Part shown: positions 11,396 to 23,344 of the stretch, in pieces
How the letters are laid out: each line of letters opens with the position of its first letter
How positions within the stretch are numbered: position 1 is the stretch's first letter
Assembly: GCF_004010195.1 (NCBI RefSeq)
Contig: NC_057719.1
Location: 92,402,373-92,435,638, forward strand
Direction of reading: 5' to 3'
Source: Chiloscyllium plagiosum
Taxonomy: Eukaryota
Length of the DNA: 33,266 bases
Made by a program: the position numbers and the translations under genes
The notes under the pieces: model-generated
The model's database searches: none
What the model saw: the letters and a program-made list of their open reading frames with translations, nothing else
What the model was told of the DNA's origin: nothing

Positions 11396-12967
11396 AGAAA
11401 TTCACCAGCCCAGAGGGGCTTGGAGTAAATTTAAGGAGGCTTTGCAATCAGGTTTTTAAGTCGGTAATGGGTTGGAAGGAGGGGAGGAAAGTGGAGTTGA
11501 GGTCAGGATAAGATCAGCCATGATCCTACTAAATGATGGAGCCGGCTGGAGGGGCTGAATGGCCTACTGCTGCTCCTGGTTCCATAGTGTCCAGGGAAGT
11601 GCAGGCACGGTGGGTTAGCCATGAGAAATGTGGGCTTAAGGGGTCTGGATGGGATGATCTTTGGAGGGTCTGTACTGATCTGATGGGCCGAATGGACTCT
11701 TTAGACAATGTAGGGATTCTGTGATCTGGAATAAATGAAAACCGCATTGAGACACGTATGGAATGAGCTGCCAGAGGACGTGGTGGAGGCTGGTACAATT
11801 GCAACATTTAGGAGGCATTTGGATGGTTATATGAATAGGAAGGGTTTGGAGGGATATGGGTCGGGCGCTGGCAGATGGGACTAGATTGGGTTGGGATATC
11901 TGGTCGGCATGGACGGGTTGGACTGAAGGGTTTGTTTCCGTGCTGTCTATTTCTAAGACTCTATAACTCCAACTGTCTTCGCTCAGAGAGTGGTTAGCGT
12001 ATGGAATTCTCTGCCACAGACAGCAGTTGAGGCTAAAACAGTGAATATTCCAGTGGGATCCTTTGTTTTGGCTTCATTGCCAAAGCAGGAAATGATACTT
12101 TGCAAGGTTTGGCAAAGGATCAAAGAAATGCTCGATCCAGTGATATAGATAACCAGGAGCTGGGTAGGCCATTCAGCCTTCTGACGCTGCTGCACCACTC
12201 AGTATGATCATGGCTGATCGTCCTACTCAGTCCCCTGCTCCTGCTTTGTCTCCAAACCCTTTGATCCCTTTAACCTCAAGAATTAGATCAAAATCCTTCT
12301 TGAAAATATTCAATCTTTTAGCGTCAACTGCTGTCTGTGGCAGAGAATTTCATACCCCAACCACTCTCTGAGTGAAGACAGTTAGAGTTATAGAATCGTA
12401 CAGCACGGAAACAGACCCTTTGGTCCAACCCGTCCATGCCGACCAAATATCCCAACATAATCTAGTCCCATTTGCTAGCACTTGGCCCATATCCCTCCAA
12501 ACCCTTCCTATTCATAGACCCATCCAGATGCCTTTTAAATGCTCCAGCCTCCTCCACTTCCTCTGGCAGCTCATTCCATACACGTCTCAGTCCGTTTTTT
12601 CACTTATACCAGATCATAGAATCCCTACATTGTGCAGAGAGTCCATTCGGCCCATCAGATCAGTACAGACCCTCCGAAGATCATCCCACCCAGACCCCTT
12701 AAGCCCACATTTCTCATGGCTAACCCACCGTGCCCGCACATCCCTGGACACTATGGAACCAGGAGCAGCCGTAGGCCATTCAGCCCCTCCAGCCGGCTCC
12801 ATCATTTAGTAGGAACATGGCTGATCTTATCCTGACCTCAACTCCACTTTCCTCCCCTCCCTCCAGAACCCTTCAACCCATTTACTGACTTAAAAACCTG
12901 ATTTAAAACCCTCCTTAAATTTACTCAATGTCGCAGCCCCCAACCCCCTCAGGGTTTGTGAATTTCA
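11396..12967. repeat. Long inverted duplication (arms about 11396-12050 and 12303-12967) of a composite of LINE/SINE fragments
   Basis: Mirror ORFs 11533-11724(+)/12614-12805(-) are near-identical. The order of sub-repeats and their junctions are mirrored. Confidence 0.88.
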
Positions 12968-13389
12968 CAGATCTACGACCCTTCGAGAGAAGTAATTCCT
13001 CCGCATCTGTGTTTTAAATCTACCAGCCCTTGTCCTAAAACGATGACTGGACACAGTTCAGTGCAGAAAGAGGCACTTTATTCATGCAAAGTTGCAATGT
13101 GTGTATGTTTTCCAATTGCATTGTGGGTGGAATTATCGCTTTTGGAAGGTGGGGTTTCAGAAGTTCATTTAATTCTGCACCGGCCGCCCAGAGTCACCCT
13201 TTTTCCCATAACCTTACATTTCCCACGGCTAATCCGCCTAGCTTGCGCATCCCTGGACATGATATTTCGCAATGTTTGGCAAAGGGCAATTTTGCACGGC
13301 CAATCTCCCACCTTTGGACTGTGGGGAGAAACGCTTGCAGAGCCTGGGAGAATGTGCAAACTCCACACAGAGGCTACAAAGTTAAAAAT

Positions 13390-13857
13390 GGATGTCGGTT
13401 TGCTTGCTGAGCTGGAAGGTTTGTTAACTAGCCACAAAAAGATATAAACATTCTCACTAGTACCCTTACACGCGGATAAGGAAGGACACTGACTGACTGG
13501 GACAACGCATCCATCCTGGGACAAGCCAAACAAAGAGACACACGAGAATTCCCAGAAGATGGCATTCCAACCGGAACTCTTATCAACAAACACATTGACT
13601 TGGATCCCATGAGAAAAAGAACAGGAAGTAACATCACCATAGGAAATGATGTCACCACAGGAAATGACATTGCCAACCCAAGGAAACTCAAACTTATAAA
13701 TAGAAAGCGGGCTACACCACCAGTGCTTCATCCGGAGGCTCACTGATGATGTTACCTAGTATGGTGACGAAATGTCTGAAAATGAACCTTCCAGCTCAGC
13801 GAGCAAACCTATATCCAGAACCTCAACCTGAGCAACAAATCTTCTCAAAACTCGCTC
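13390..13857 (+). mobile_element. Penelope-like family A, 5'-truncated (GIY-YIG C-terminus and pseudo-LTR) with inverted 5' piece
   Basis: Reads LATKRY..LHADKEGH..DWDNASILGQAKQRDTREF..WHSNRNS..INKHIDLDP. About 13389-13421 is the reverse complement of about 13786-13818. TSD AAGTTAAAAAT at 13379-13389 and 13858-13868. Confidence 0.82.
13740..13779 (+). ncRNA. Minimal hammerhead ribozyme motif (PLE family A)
   Basis: TCA-CTGATGA-t-GTTACC-tagtat-GGTGAC-GAAA-TGTC-TGA. Stem I TCA/TGA, 6-bp stem II, GUC triplet. Stem III ATGT is probably a CpG-decayed ACGT. Confidence 0.68.
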
Positions 13858-14220
13858 AAGTTAAAAATCACACAACACCAGGTTATAGTCCAACATGCGC
13901 TGCTCCTTCAATAGGTGGTTGTGGTCCGAAAGCTGGTCCTTCCAATTAAACCTGTTGGACTATAACCTGGTGTTGTGTGATGTTTAACTTTGTCCACCCC
14001 AGTCCAACACCAGCACCTCCAAATCACACAGAGGCGGGAATTGAACCCAGGTCCTCGGTGTTGTGAGGCAGCAGTGCTAACTACTGAGCTAACCGTGCCA
14101 CCCCCACTGAAGTTCCAGGATGAATATGTTGAACGGTGGGGAAGGCAGGAGGGAGCTGACACACCGGGATAATGCGTTGGCGGGGTGTCTGCGCGGTGTT
14201 GGTGTGGGCGAGATGGCTGA

Positions 14221-14652
<432 letters not shown>

Positions 14653-14884
14653 TAATGGTGACCAGGGGAGCAAAAAAAGACCCACAAGCCTTTGCTCTGT
14701 TTCTGCCGGGCTGGCACTTCACCTTTATGGGAATCGCGAGGAGGTGCCGGAGGATTCACAGTCCCACTTGGTCGGCGTTGCCCGTCTCTTTATGCGCCAA
14801 CCCTACTGGGAACTGGCACAACAGTTCGCAGTGGCATTTTCACTAAGTCTTCAGGTTTGAATCAATGCTTTCCTTGAGTAGAAT

Positions 14885-15224
14885 TGGTATCCCTATGGTG
14901 TGGAAACAGGCCCTTTTGGCCCAACAAGTCCACACCTGCCCTCTGAAGAGTAACCCACCCAGACCCATTCCCCCTACCCTATATTTACCCCTGACTAATG
15001 CACCTAACCCACACATCCCTGAACACGATGGGCAATTTAGCCTGGCCAACTCACCCTGACCTGCACATCTTTGGACTGTGGGAGGAAACCGGAGCACCCG
15101 GAGGAAACCCACCCAGACACAGGAAGAACGTGCAAACTCCACACAGACAGTTGCCCGAGGCTGGAATCGAACCCAAGTCCCTAGCGCCGTGAGGCCGCAG
15201 TGCTAACCACTGAGCCATCATGCC
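14885..15224 (-). mobile_element. HE1-type SINE
   Basis: Full-length reverse-complement copy. Confidence 0.9.
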
Positions 15225-15874
15225 TCTTTCTTGAGAGGGATGAGCACCAAGCCCACTCTGTCCTGATGTTAAACCCTCCTGCCGTGTGGTTCGGTAAAAC
15301 ATTGCCGACAAAGCTCTGGCTGCAGTCTAACCGGGGGCTGAAACAGGGTCAAGATGGCTTTGGTGTTTTTCAGTGCAGCCCCTGTGGTAGTGAACCGCAG
15401 CACGCTGTGGTGCTGCTGCTTATGATGTTTTCAGAGCTTCCTTTGCCCGTGCCCCGTGCAGAATCCCAGCTCTCTGTTGTGTCCCTCCCAGTTCCGTTGG
15501 CGTTTTCCCCCCCAGTGTCCAGACTCTGGGAGGTGAACGGAACCTACACGGCCTGTTGCAGTATTAATTAGCAAGACATTTCAGGCGGGATAGTGGGTGC
15601 TGTTGGCAGTATTCCAAATGGCCGTGAGTTTTGTTTCGCCACCCATAGCGGGTGGGGTGGGTGGGGGCGGGGGGGAGAGGTTCTGTATTATTGGCCTCAG
15701 TACCGAGAACCACTGATTTTGTGGGGAAGGCCCCTGTATTTTGGACAAAAAGATGATTTACCCCCTTCCTGGCCCTGATGGGTCAGAGTCCCAAGAGGGG
15801 TGGGTGCTCAGCGAGAGGGACCGCAAAAGACAGTCAGCGATGGTGAAGGGGTAGGGGGGAGTACATGGTGAGCT

Positions 15875-16680
15875 GCAATGGTGGTCATCTCACTGGATGA
15901 GTAATCTGGAGAAACCCCCAGATCCTGCCCTGGGATGTGGGTTCAATCCCTCCCCAGCACCACCATCCCCCCACCTCCCCCCTCCACCCCTTAAGCACAG
16001 GGGTGGAACCTAAATTCAACTGATTTAAAAAAAAGCCGGTTTCAGTAGCCATAGAACATAGAACAATACAGCACAGAACAGGCCCTTCGGCCCAACAAGT
16101 CCACACCGGCCCTCTGAAGAGTAACTCACCCAGACCCTCAATGTTGCACCGACCTGTGAACCATTCTCAGCTCGTCTCCCTATACTATCCCATCATCATC
16201 CAAGTGCTTATCTAAGGATTGTTTAAATCTCCCTCATGTGGCTGAGCTGCCTACATTAGCAGGTAGGGCATTCCACACCCTTACCACAGTCTGCGTAAAG
16301 AACCTGCCTCTAACATCTGTCTTAAATCTATCACCCCTCAATTTGTAGTTATGCCCCCTCATACAAGTTGACGTCATCATCCTTGGAAAAAGACTTTCAC
16401 TGTCTACCCTATCTAATCCTCTGCTCATCCTGTATGTCTCTATCAAGTCCCCTCTTGGCCGCCTTCTTTCCAATGAGAACAGACCCAACCATCATGCGTC
16501 CGTTGTCCCAACCCATCTGGCTCACTCACGTCCTTCAAGGAAGGAAATCTGCCTGCTACCTTTACCCAGTCTGGCCTCCATGTGACTCCAGACCTACAGC
16601 AACATGCTTAACTGCTCTCTGCCCAGCAGAGTTAAAGGGGCAATTAAGGACAGGCCACGATAGACAACCCTCGCCATGAG
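15875..16680 (+). mobile_element. Second tRNA-derived SINE family (head about 15875-16050, body 16490-16680), split by a CR1 3' fragment
   Basis: B-box-like gggttcaatccc. Body acccatctggctcact..ggaaggaaatctgcc..gtctggcct..gtgactccag..gggcaattaagga also occurs at 20296-20480. Confidence 0.65.
16051..16490 (-). mobile_element. CR1 LINE 3' fragment, with a short HE1/HER1 tail piece
   Basis: ORF GLFSLERRRPRGDLIETY..RGHNYKLRGDRFKTDVRGRFFTQTVVRVWNALP; catagaa tail repeats. Confidence 0.85.
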
Positions 16681-17339
16681 AGATTAAAAGATGACATCCT
16701 TTTCTTCCAGACCACAAACCTCTTTCCATTTTATTATTTTTATTCTTCCATTGGCTTTCTGATTCGTTTCATTCTGCGGCTTAAACACTCTCTGCCTTGT
16801 TTTTATAATCCCCTGCATTTCCGGCTCTGAAATCTCCCTTGGCCTCAGCAGCCTCTGAGATTTCTCTGGGGGCTGCATAGAAATGCAAGAATGTGGGCAC
16901 TTGAGTTCCCCTGGACTATGATACAGCAATGTTGAAGACTGTGTGTGTGCTCTGAGATGAGAATTGGGTGGAAGTGGGTGAATTTTCCCTGGGGAAATCC
17001 CAACACAGCATCCAATAAGAACAATTCGACACACTCTTCCCTCCCCTCAGCTCACACTCACTCACCTCACCCTTCCCCCCCCCCGTAGACAATCATTCAC
17101 CCCCACTCTCACCCAGTCTCCCCCAGTTCATACTTGGTCACCTCCCAATATCATTTCACACTTACTCCTCACCAGTTCACACTCGGTTCCAACTCAGCCT
17201 CACCCCTCAGCTGCCATTCACTTCCTACTCCAGTTCTCACTCACCGCCCACAGTTTACACCCAATCCCCAGCTCAAGCTGACCCTCCCTTGCTTGTGCTC
17301 ACACTCTCACCTAGTGACACTCATGCACATAATCACACC

Positions 17340-17742
17340 CCCCCACACACAGACACACTCGCACTCTCACTGTCCTCATATACACACTGTGTCATACACA
17401 CACTCATACTATCTCTCACACACACTCGCACTGTCATACACACACACTAACACTCACACTGTCTCACACACACTCACTGTGTCATACACACACTCACTGT
17501 GTCTCACACACACTCACTGTGTCTCACACACACTCACACTGTCTCACACACACTCACTGTGTCATACATACACTCACACTGTCTCACACACACACACTCT
17601 CACACACACTCACTGTGTCATACACACACCCATATCTCACACACACTCACACTGTCTCACACACTGGCACTCACACTGTCTCACTCACACACAGTCTCAC
17701 ACACACAGACACACACTGTCACACACACACTCACACTGACAC
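17340..17742. repeat. Compound (CA/CT) microsatellite or minisatellite (cacactcactgtgtc-like unit)
   Basis: Directly visible. It produces spurious His/Thr-rich ORFs. Confidence 0.9.
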
Positions 17743-19868
17743 TGAGGCCTCAGCTCATCTTGACCCTCTGTTGCTGGAATGATCTCTAAGGCCATGTGGT
17801 GGTGGTGTTGGGGGATGGGGGTGGTGGGGAATTGTAGTTGTCCTCCCCTCCCCCAACTCAGGGAATAAGGTCAGGCCCAGAGACTGGGGCCCATTGAGGG
17901 CGTTGTGCTGGTGAAATGGGAGGGAGGGAATGGGAAGTAACTCTGATGGGATCTCACTGGCGGGTGCCATCTTTCTTTCCCTCAGCGTGCGGAAGGTTCC
18001 GGTCCCTGCGGGTCGCCGCGGAGTCGTGAGGTGCTAAGCGTCGGAGCGGGGGCCGGGGTGGGGTTTGGGAGTTGGACATTTGGGCGCCATCACAATGCAA
18101 GCTTTGACGATGACACTGGCTCATGAGCTTCTCCGTGCTGGCTCGAAGGGCCGAATGGCATACCCCTGCACTTGTCTTCTATGTTTTTTGGGAGGGGTGG
18201 GGCAGTGTGGAGTGGCCCAATGAATCTCCAACCTAACACTCTCCCCCCCCCCCCCCCGAGGAAGTTCCCAGATTAGGCTGGACCCCACATCATCGACGGG
18301 TGGGGAGGCTATTCATCCCGTCATCCTGTGACAGATTACGGCCTAGCCCTAGGAACAAGCCCCCCCCCCCCGCCGGCCCCACCAGCATGGTCTCCTGTCC
18401 ACACCCTGCACCGAGGACGCCATTTGGAAACCGGGAGGAAGGTTCGAGCGAGGCAGAAGGAGGAATGGTCGGTCCATTCACTGGAGAGCGGCCGCGGTGT
18501 ATGGGACATCTCTGCTGAGCTCGGAGGAGTTGTTTTAAAGAGAAGGGGATTACGGGGGAGGGGGTCTGGGGATAGCACCCCCACCCCTCACTTCAACACA
18601 TTTACAGAGGATCCCTTCAAGTACAGCATGGGCTTGATGGGCCAAGCGGCCTTCTGTACTATGATACTATTAAGGGTATGGAGGAAACACTTGCAGTCCA
18701 TCCAAAAACCACTGGGAGTGGGAGGAGGTTATCGATATCAGATCACCCACCCCCACAGTAACTCACTGGGGCATTGAGGAGAAATAGCTTGGCAACAGAG
18801 AGTGGTTAGGATGGGTGCCCTGCTCCCTGGGGGACCAGTTCTTGCCTTCATGCCGGTCAAACAGGGCACTGGTAATGACTGAGAAACAATACTCACTGGA
18901 GAAAAGGTTTGTTGGTGTTTCCAAAGAAGTGGGAGGCTGTTTCTGTGATGCATCAACAGCAGTGGGGCTGAATGGCCAGTTTTCGGTGCTATCAGCTTGC
19001 TGTACTGTCATCGGGAGCTGGTCTTTCACTCCTGGGAGCTCGAGTTTAGTGCAACAGAAGGCCGGGACATGATCGGTGAGGTGTTCAATCGCTCATTTAC
19101 CCCCAAACTGCTGCTTGACATTTTTCTTCATCCTTTTTACCTTTTGATTTACTCAAGCTCTCCGACCGGCCCATAGATCCAGTTATCATTTGTCTTTTGA
19201 CATGTCCTCACATCCTGGTTGTATTAATTCACTCCAGTCTGCCTCTTTCTCTCTCTCTCTCTCCTGTATTAATACGTTCCTGTCTGCCTCTCTTTCTCTC
19301 CCTCTCCTCTGTTGCTAATGATCCTATCTGCCTCTCTCTCTCTCTGACTGTCCCTAGTTTTGATATGATCCCTGATGGTCTACAAAATATTGCATTGTTG
19401 GCTGTGCTTGCCCGTTGACCTTTGTAAGATCCTCCTGAATATATCTGTGCCTGTCTGCTTCTCTGTCATCTTTAACCCCTCCTTCAAGGCCCATGCTTTT
19501 GGTCAGTGGCCCTTATCCCTCCTTACCTGGCTCCTTGTGACAGTTTGGTTTGGGAACACTGGTGAGACACGATTAGACAATGTTAGCTGCTAGCTGTTAT
19601 CCCTTAGTCTCCTGCAGCCAGCGTCCTCAGAAGATGTTGTTCGGCTCACACATTGGGGTGGGGTGTGGAGGAGATGGTAAGAAGCTACCCCTAGCCCAGG
19701 GTACATCCAACTCAGGAACTGTACACAGATACAAAGAGCGGGAGATTATTCCATTGCCTGGACACAGCCCACCCTGAGGGAATTAGCAGTCCAGTGCTGG
19801 GTTATCTTACGAGACCTCTGCTGGTGTTTCCTGATGCCAGGAGAAAATCACCAGGTACTGCTGTTAGC

Positions 19869-20292
19869 CATGTTCCGGAGACCCAGGGAATGTTCCGGAG
19901 ACGCAGGGAATGTTCTAGGGACCCAGGGAATGTTCCAGGGACCCAGGGAATGTTCCAGAGGCCCAGGGAATGTTCCAGGGACCCAGGGAATGTTCTGGAG
20001 ACCCAGGGAATGTTCCAGGAAATGTTCCAGGGACCCAGGGAATGTTCTGGAGACCCAGGGAATGTTCTGGAGACCCAGGGAATGTTCGAGGGACCCAGGG
20101 AATGTTCTGGAGACCCAGAGAATGTTCTGGAAACCCAGGGAATGTTCCAGGAAATGTTCCAGGGAATGTTCCAGAGGCCCAGGGAATGTTCTGGAGACCC
20201 AGGGTATGTTCCAGGGACCCAGAGAATGTTCCGGAGACCCAGGGAATGTTCGAGGGACCCAAGAATGTTCCAGGGAATGTTGCAGGACCCCA
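19869..20292. repeat. 20-bp minisatellite (GGAATGTTCYRGRGACCCAG), about 20 or more units with some 12-bp truncated units
   Basis: Directly visible tandem array, open in several frames. Confidence 0.95.
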
Positions 20293-20295
20293 GGC

Positions 20296-20480
20296 GGTGG
20301 AATTTGAATTCAACGTTTCATTTATCAGAAAAGCCCATCTGCTTCACTGATCCCCTTTCGGGACGGAAGCTGCCATCCTTACCTGGTCTGGCCTGTGTGT
20401 GACTCCAGTCCCACAGTAACGCGGTTGACCCTTAACAGTCCTCTGGGCAATTAAGGATGGGCAATAAATGCTGGCCTCAT
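20296..20480 (+). mobile_element. Second SINE family body and tail
   Basis: gtggaatttgaattcaa..cccatctgcttcactga..ctgccatccttacctggtctggcct..gggcaattaaggatgggcaataaatgctggcc. Confidence 0.7.
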
Positions 20481-20834
20481 CCTGTTAATTAATTAAGAAA
20501 ACCCTAAGAGGCCAGAGTGTGCCCTGATTTTGGTCAATGTCCCAAAAGTGGATGGGCCAATGGTGCAGAGCTCCCTCGGTATGGCGGCCAGTCTGTGTGT
20601 GTCTGTAAGGGCCCCAGTTAGTACTCGGAGGTGTGGAGAGAGGCCGCAAGAGGCTCTTGGTGTTGCCCGTCACTACAGAAACAATCTCCAACCCTCTGGT
20701 GGGAGCAGACAGCAGTAAGTGTCATGTCACAGCTCCAGGCACAGCTCCCCCACCTCAGACAGGACACCCGGCTTCAGGGGGCAGAGTTTTGCCATACCAT
20801 CCATGAGCAGGTTTGGTTAGAAAGTATTGACAAT

Positions 20835-21545
20835 CTGGTCACAGAGCCAAACGGCACCGAAACAGACCCTTCGGTCCAACTGGTCCATGCCAACCAGCCA
20901 TCCCAGTCCCTAGTCCCATTGGTCAGAAATTGGCCCATCCCTCTAAACCCTTCCCACTCCTACAGATCCAAATACCTTTATCAACGGGGTGGTAAAGAAG
21001 GCATTGGGCATGCTTGCCTTCATTGGTCAGAACATTATGAATAAAGGAGTTGGGATGTCATCTTGCCAATGCAGGTTCATAGCTCCTTGAAAGTGGAGTT
21101 GCAGGTAAATAGGAGAGTGAAGAAGGCGTTTGGTATGCTTTCCTTTATTGGTCAGAGCATTGAGTACAAGAGTTGGGAGGTCATGTTGCAGCGTTTATAA
21201 AATCATGAGGGGCATGGATAGGGTAAATAGGCAAAGTCTTTTCCCTGGGGTCGGGGAGTCCAGAACTAGAGGGCACAGGTTTAGGGTGAGAAGGGAAAGA
21301 TATAAAAGAGACCTAAGGGGCAAATTTTTCACACAGACGGTGGTGTGTGTATGGAATGAGCTGCCAGAGGAAGTGGTGGAGGCTGCTACAATTACAACAG
21401 TTAAAAGGTATCTGGGTAGGTGTGTCAATAGAAAGGGTTTAGAGGGACATGGGCTAAATGCTGGCAAAATGGATTAGGTTAGATAGGGATGTCTCGTTGG
21501 TGCAGAAGGATCTGTTCCATGCTATGTGACTCTATGACTCTAAGT
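20835..21545. mobile_element. HER1/CR1 fragments: minus-strand tail (about 20835-20975), then rearranged plus-strand 3' pieces
   Basis: VYKIMRGMDRVNRQSLFPGVGESRTRGHRFRVR..WNELPEEVVEA; tail gtgactctatgact. Confidence 0.85.
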
Positions 21546-21661
21546 GGTAACAAGAAATTCCAGTTGACTGGTGAATTGGTCTCTGAGGAACAGCACACAA
21601 GGCAAGCAGTGATGAGTGTGGGGGTAGATGTTTACCAGGATGGCTGTGGGAGGTGACCGTG

Positions 21662-21980
21662 TGGTGGCACGGTGGCTCAGTGGTTAGCACTGTTGCCTCA
21701 CAAAGCCAGGGACCCGGGTTCGACTCCAACCTTGGGCAACTATCTGAGTGGAGTTTGCACATTCTCCCCGTGTCTGCGTGGGTTTCCTTCGGGTGCTGTG
21801 GTTTCCTCCCACAATCCAAACTTGTGGAGGTCAGGGTGAATTGGCCATGCTAAATTGCCCATAGTGTTAGGTGCATTAGTCAGGGGCAAATATAGAGTAG
21901 GGGAATGGGTCTGGATGGGTTACTCTTCAGAGGGTCGGTGTGGACTTGTTAGTTTCCATACTGTAAGGAATCTAATCTAG
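21662..21980 (+). mobile_element. HE1-type SINE
   Basis: ggcacggtggctcagtggttagc head, V core, aatctaatct tail. Confidence 0.9.
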
Positions 21981-21991
21981 GCAGGTGAATG

Positions 21992-23010
21992 ATTTGTTAT
22001 CCATTTGTGGGGCTTGGGGGTCGCTGGCTGGCCAGCTTTGATAGCCCATCCCTATTTGCCCTTGAGAAGGTGGAGGTGAGCTGCCTTCTTTAATCACTGC
22101 AGTCCCCTTGCTGTGGGTTGACCCGGAATGCCGGAAGGGAGGGAATTCCAGGGTCTTGACCAACGACTGTGAAGGAACGATGGTATATTTCCAAGTCAGG
22201 GTGGAGAGTGGCTTGGAGGGGAACTTGCAGGCGGTGGTGGTGTTCCCGAGTACCTGCTGCCCTTGTCCTTCTAGATGGAAGTGGTCGTGGGTTTAGAAAG
22301 TGCTGTTTGGTGAATTTCTGCAGTGCATTGTCTAGGTAGTACACACTACTGCTACTGAGCGCTGGTGGTGGAGGGATTGAATGTTTGTAGATATGATGCC
22401 AATCTACAAATGGGTTGCTTCGTCCCAGATGGTGTCAAGCTTCTTGAGTGTTGTTGGAGCTGCACCCATCCAGGTAAGCAGGGAGTATTCCATCACACTC
22501 CTGACTTGTACCTTGTTAGATGGGGGGTAGGCTTTGGGGTGTCAGGAGCTGAGTTTGTCACTGCAGTATTCCTTGTCACCTTCTCTTGTAGCCTTTGTGT
22601 AGTGCGTCCAGTTCAGTTTCTGGTAAACCTCAGGATATTGATAGTGGGGGATTCAGTAACGGTAATGCCATTGAATATCACGAGGTGCTGGTTTGCTTCA
22701 CCTTTGCTGGAGATAGTCATTGTCTGGCATTTGTGTGGCGTGAATGTTACTTACCACTTGTCGGCACAAGCCTGGATAATATTGTCCAGATCTTGCTGCG
22801 TTTGAATGTGGACTGCTTCAGTATCTGAGGAGTCGTGAACGGTGCCGACCACTGCGCAATCGTGGGTGAACATGCCCACTTCTGACCTTGTAATGGAGGA
22901 AACGTCATTGATGAAGCAGTTGTTGGGCCTAGGACACCACCCTGAGGGACTCTTGTAGAGATGTCCTGCAGCTGAGATGCCTGACCTCCAACAACCACAT
23001 CTCCGTGGTG
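21992..23010 (-). mobile_element. CR1-group LINE (non-HER1 family): RT C-terminal part and 3'UTR, decayed
   Basis: Minus strand VPQGGVLGPT, CFINDVSSITRSEVGMFTHDC, QQDLDNI..ADKW; 3' tail gggcaaatagggatgggc..ctggccagccagcgac. Confidence 0.8.
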
Positions 23011-23344
23011 CTGTTCCTGAGCCACTCTTAGTGGTGGTCACTGAAATGCACCACTCAAGAGTACACTCTGTGCCCTTACCACCCTCAGTACTGCTCCCAA
23101 TGTTCCCCAGCATGGAGTTTGATTAGCTATGATTAGGAGGTTACCTCACCTTGTTGGATCTGATGGCTTTACACTTCACTGGGTCCCGAAAGGATAAATT
23201 CTTCAAGAATAAACTCATGTTGATTTGGCCCGCGTGCTCAGATTTGGATGCTTCTAGAAACCGCAATGAGCCTGTCGTGGTGGGTTGACCTCAGGCTGCA
23301 GACCACAGTTAGGCCCCTTGATCAGGAAATTCAGGGCTGAGCCT

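Larger units (their letters stand above)
13375..14024. mobile_element. Penelope-like family B inverted pseudo-LTR pair (13375-13389 plus 13858-14024) hosting a family A insert
   Basis: aagttaaaaatcacacaacaccaggttatagtccaaca ... tgttggactataacctggtgttgtgtgatgtttaactttgt; same family as 8416-8784. Confidence 0.78.
13195..14105 (-). mobile_element. HE1-type SINE split by nested Penelope insertions (body 13195-13374, head 14025-14105)
   Basis: The 11-bp duplication CACACAGAGGC at 13364-13374 and 14025-14035 brackets the insert. Confidence 0.8.

Noticed and set aside
15650..15682. G-quadruplex-capable G-runs (also about 17800-17830 and 18047-18072)
   Set aside because: G-runs are common across this GC-rich region, and there is no specific evidence of function.
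17134..17789. His/Thr-rich ORFs
   Set aside because: Translation of a CA/CT microsatellite.
19869..20292. CRISPR-like repeat array
   Set aside because: No unique spacers, pure tandem units, and a eukaryotic context.
19794..20402. Repetitive 126-202 aa ORFs in several frames
   Set aside because: By-product of a stop-free 20-bp minisatellite, open on both strands.
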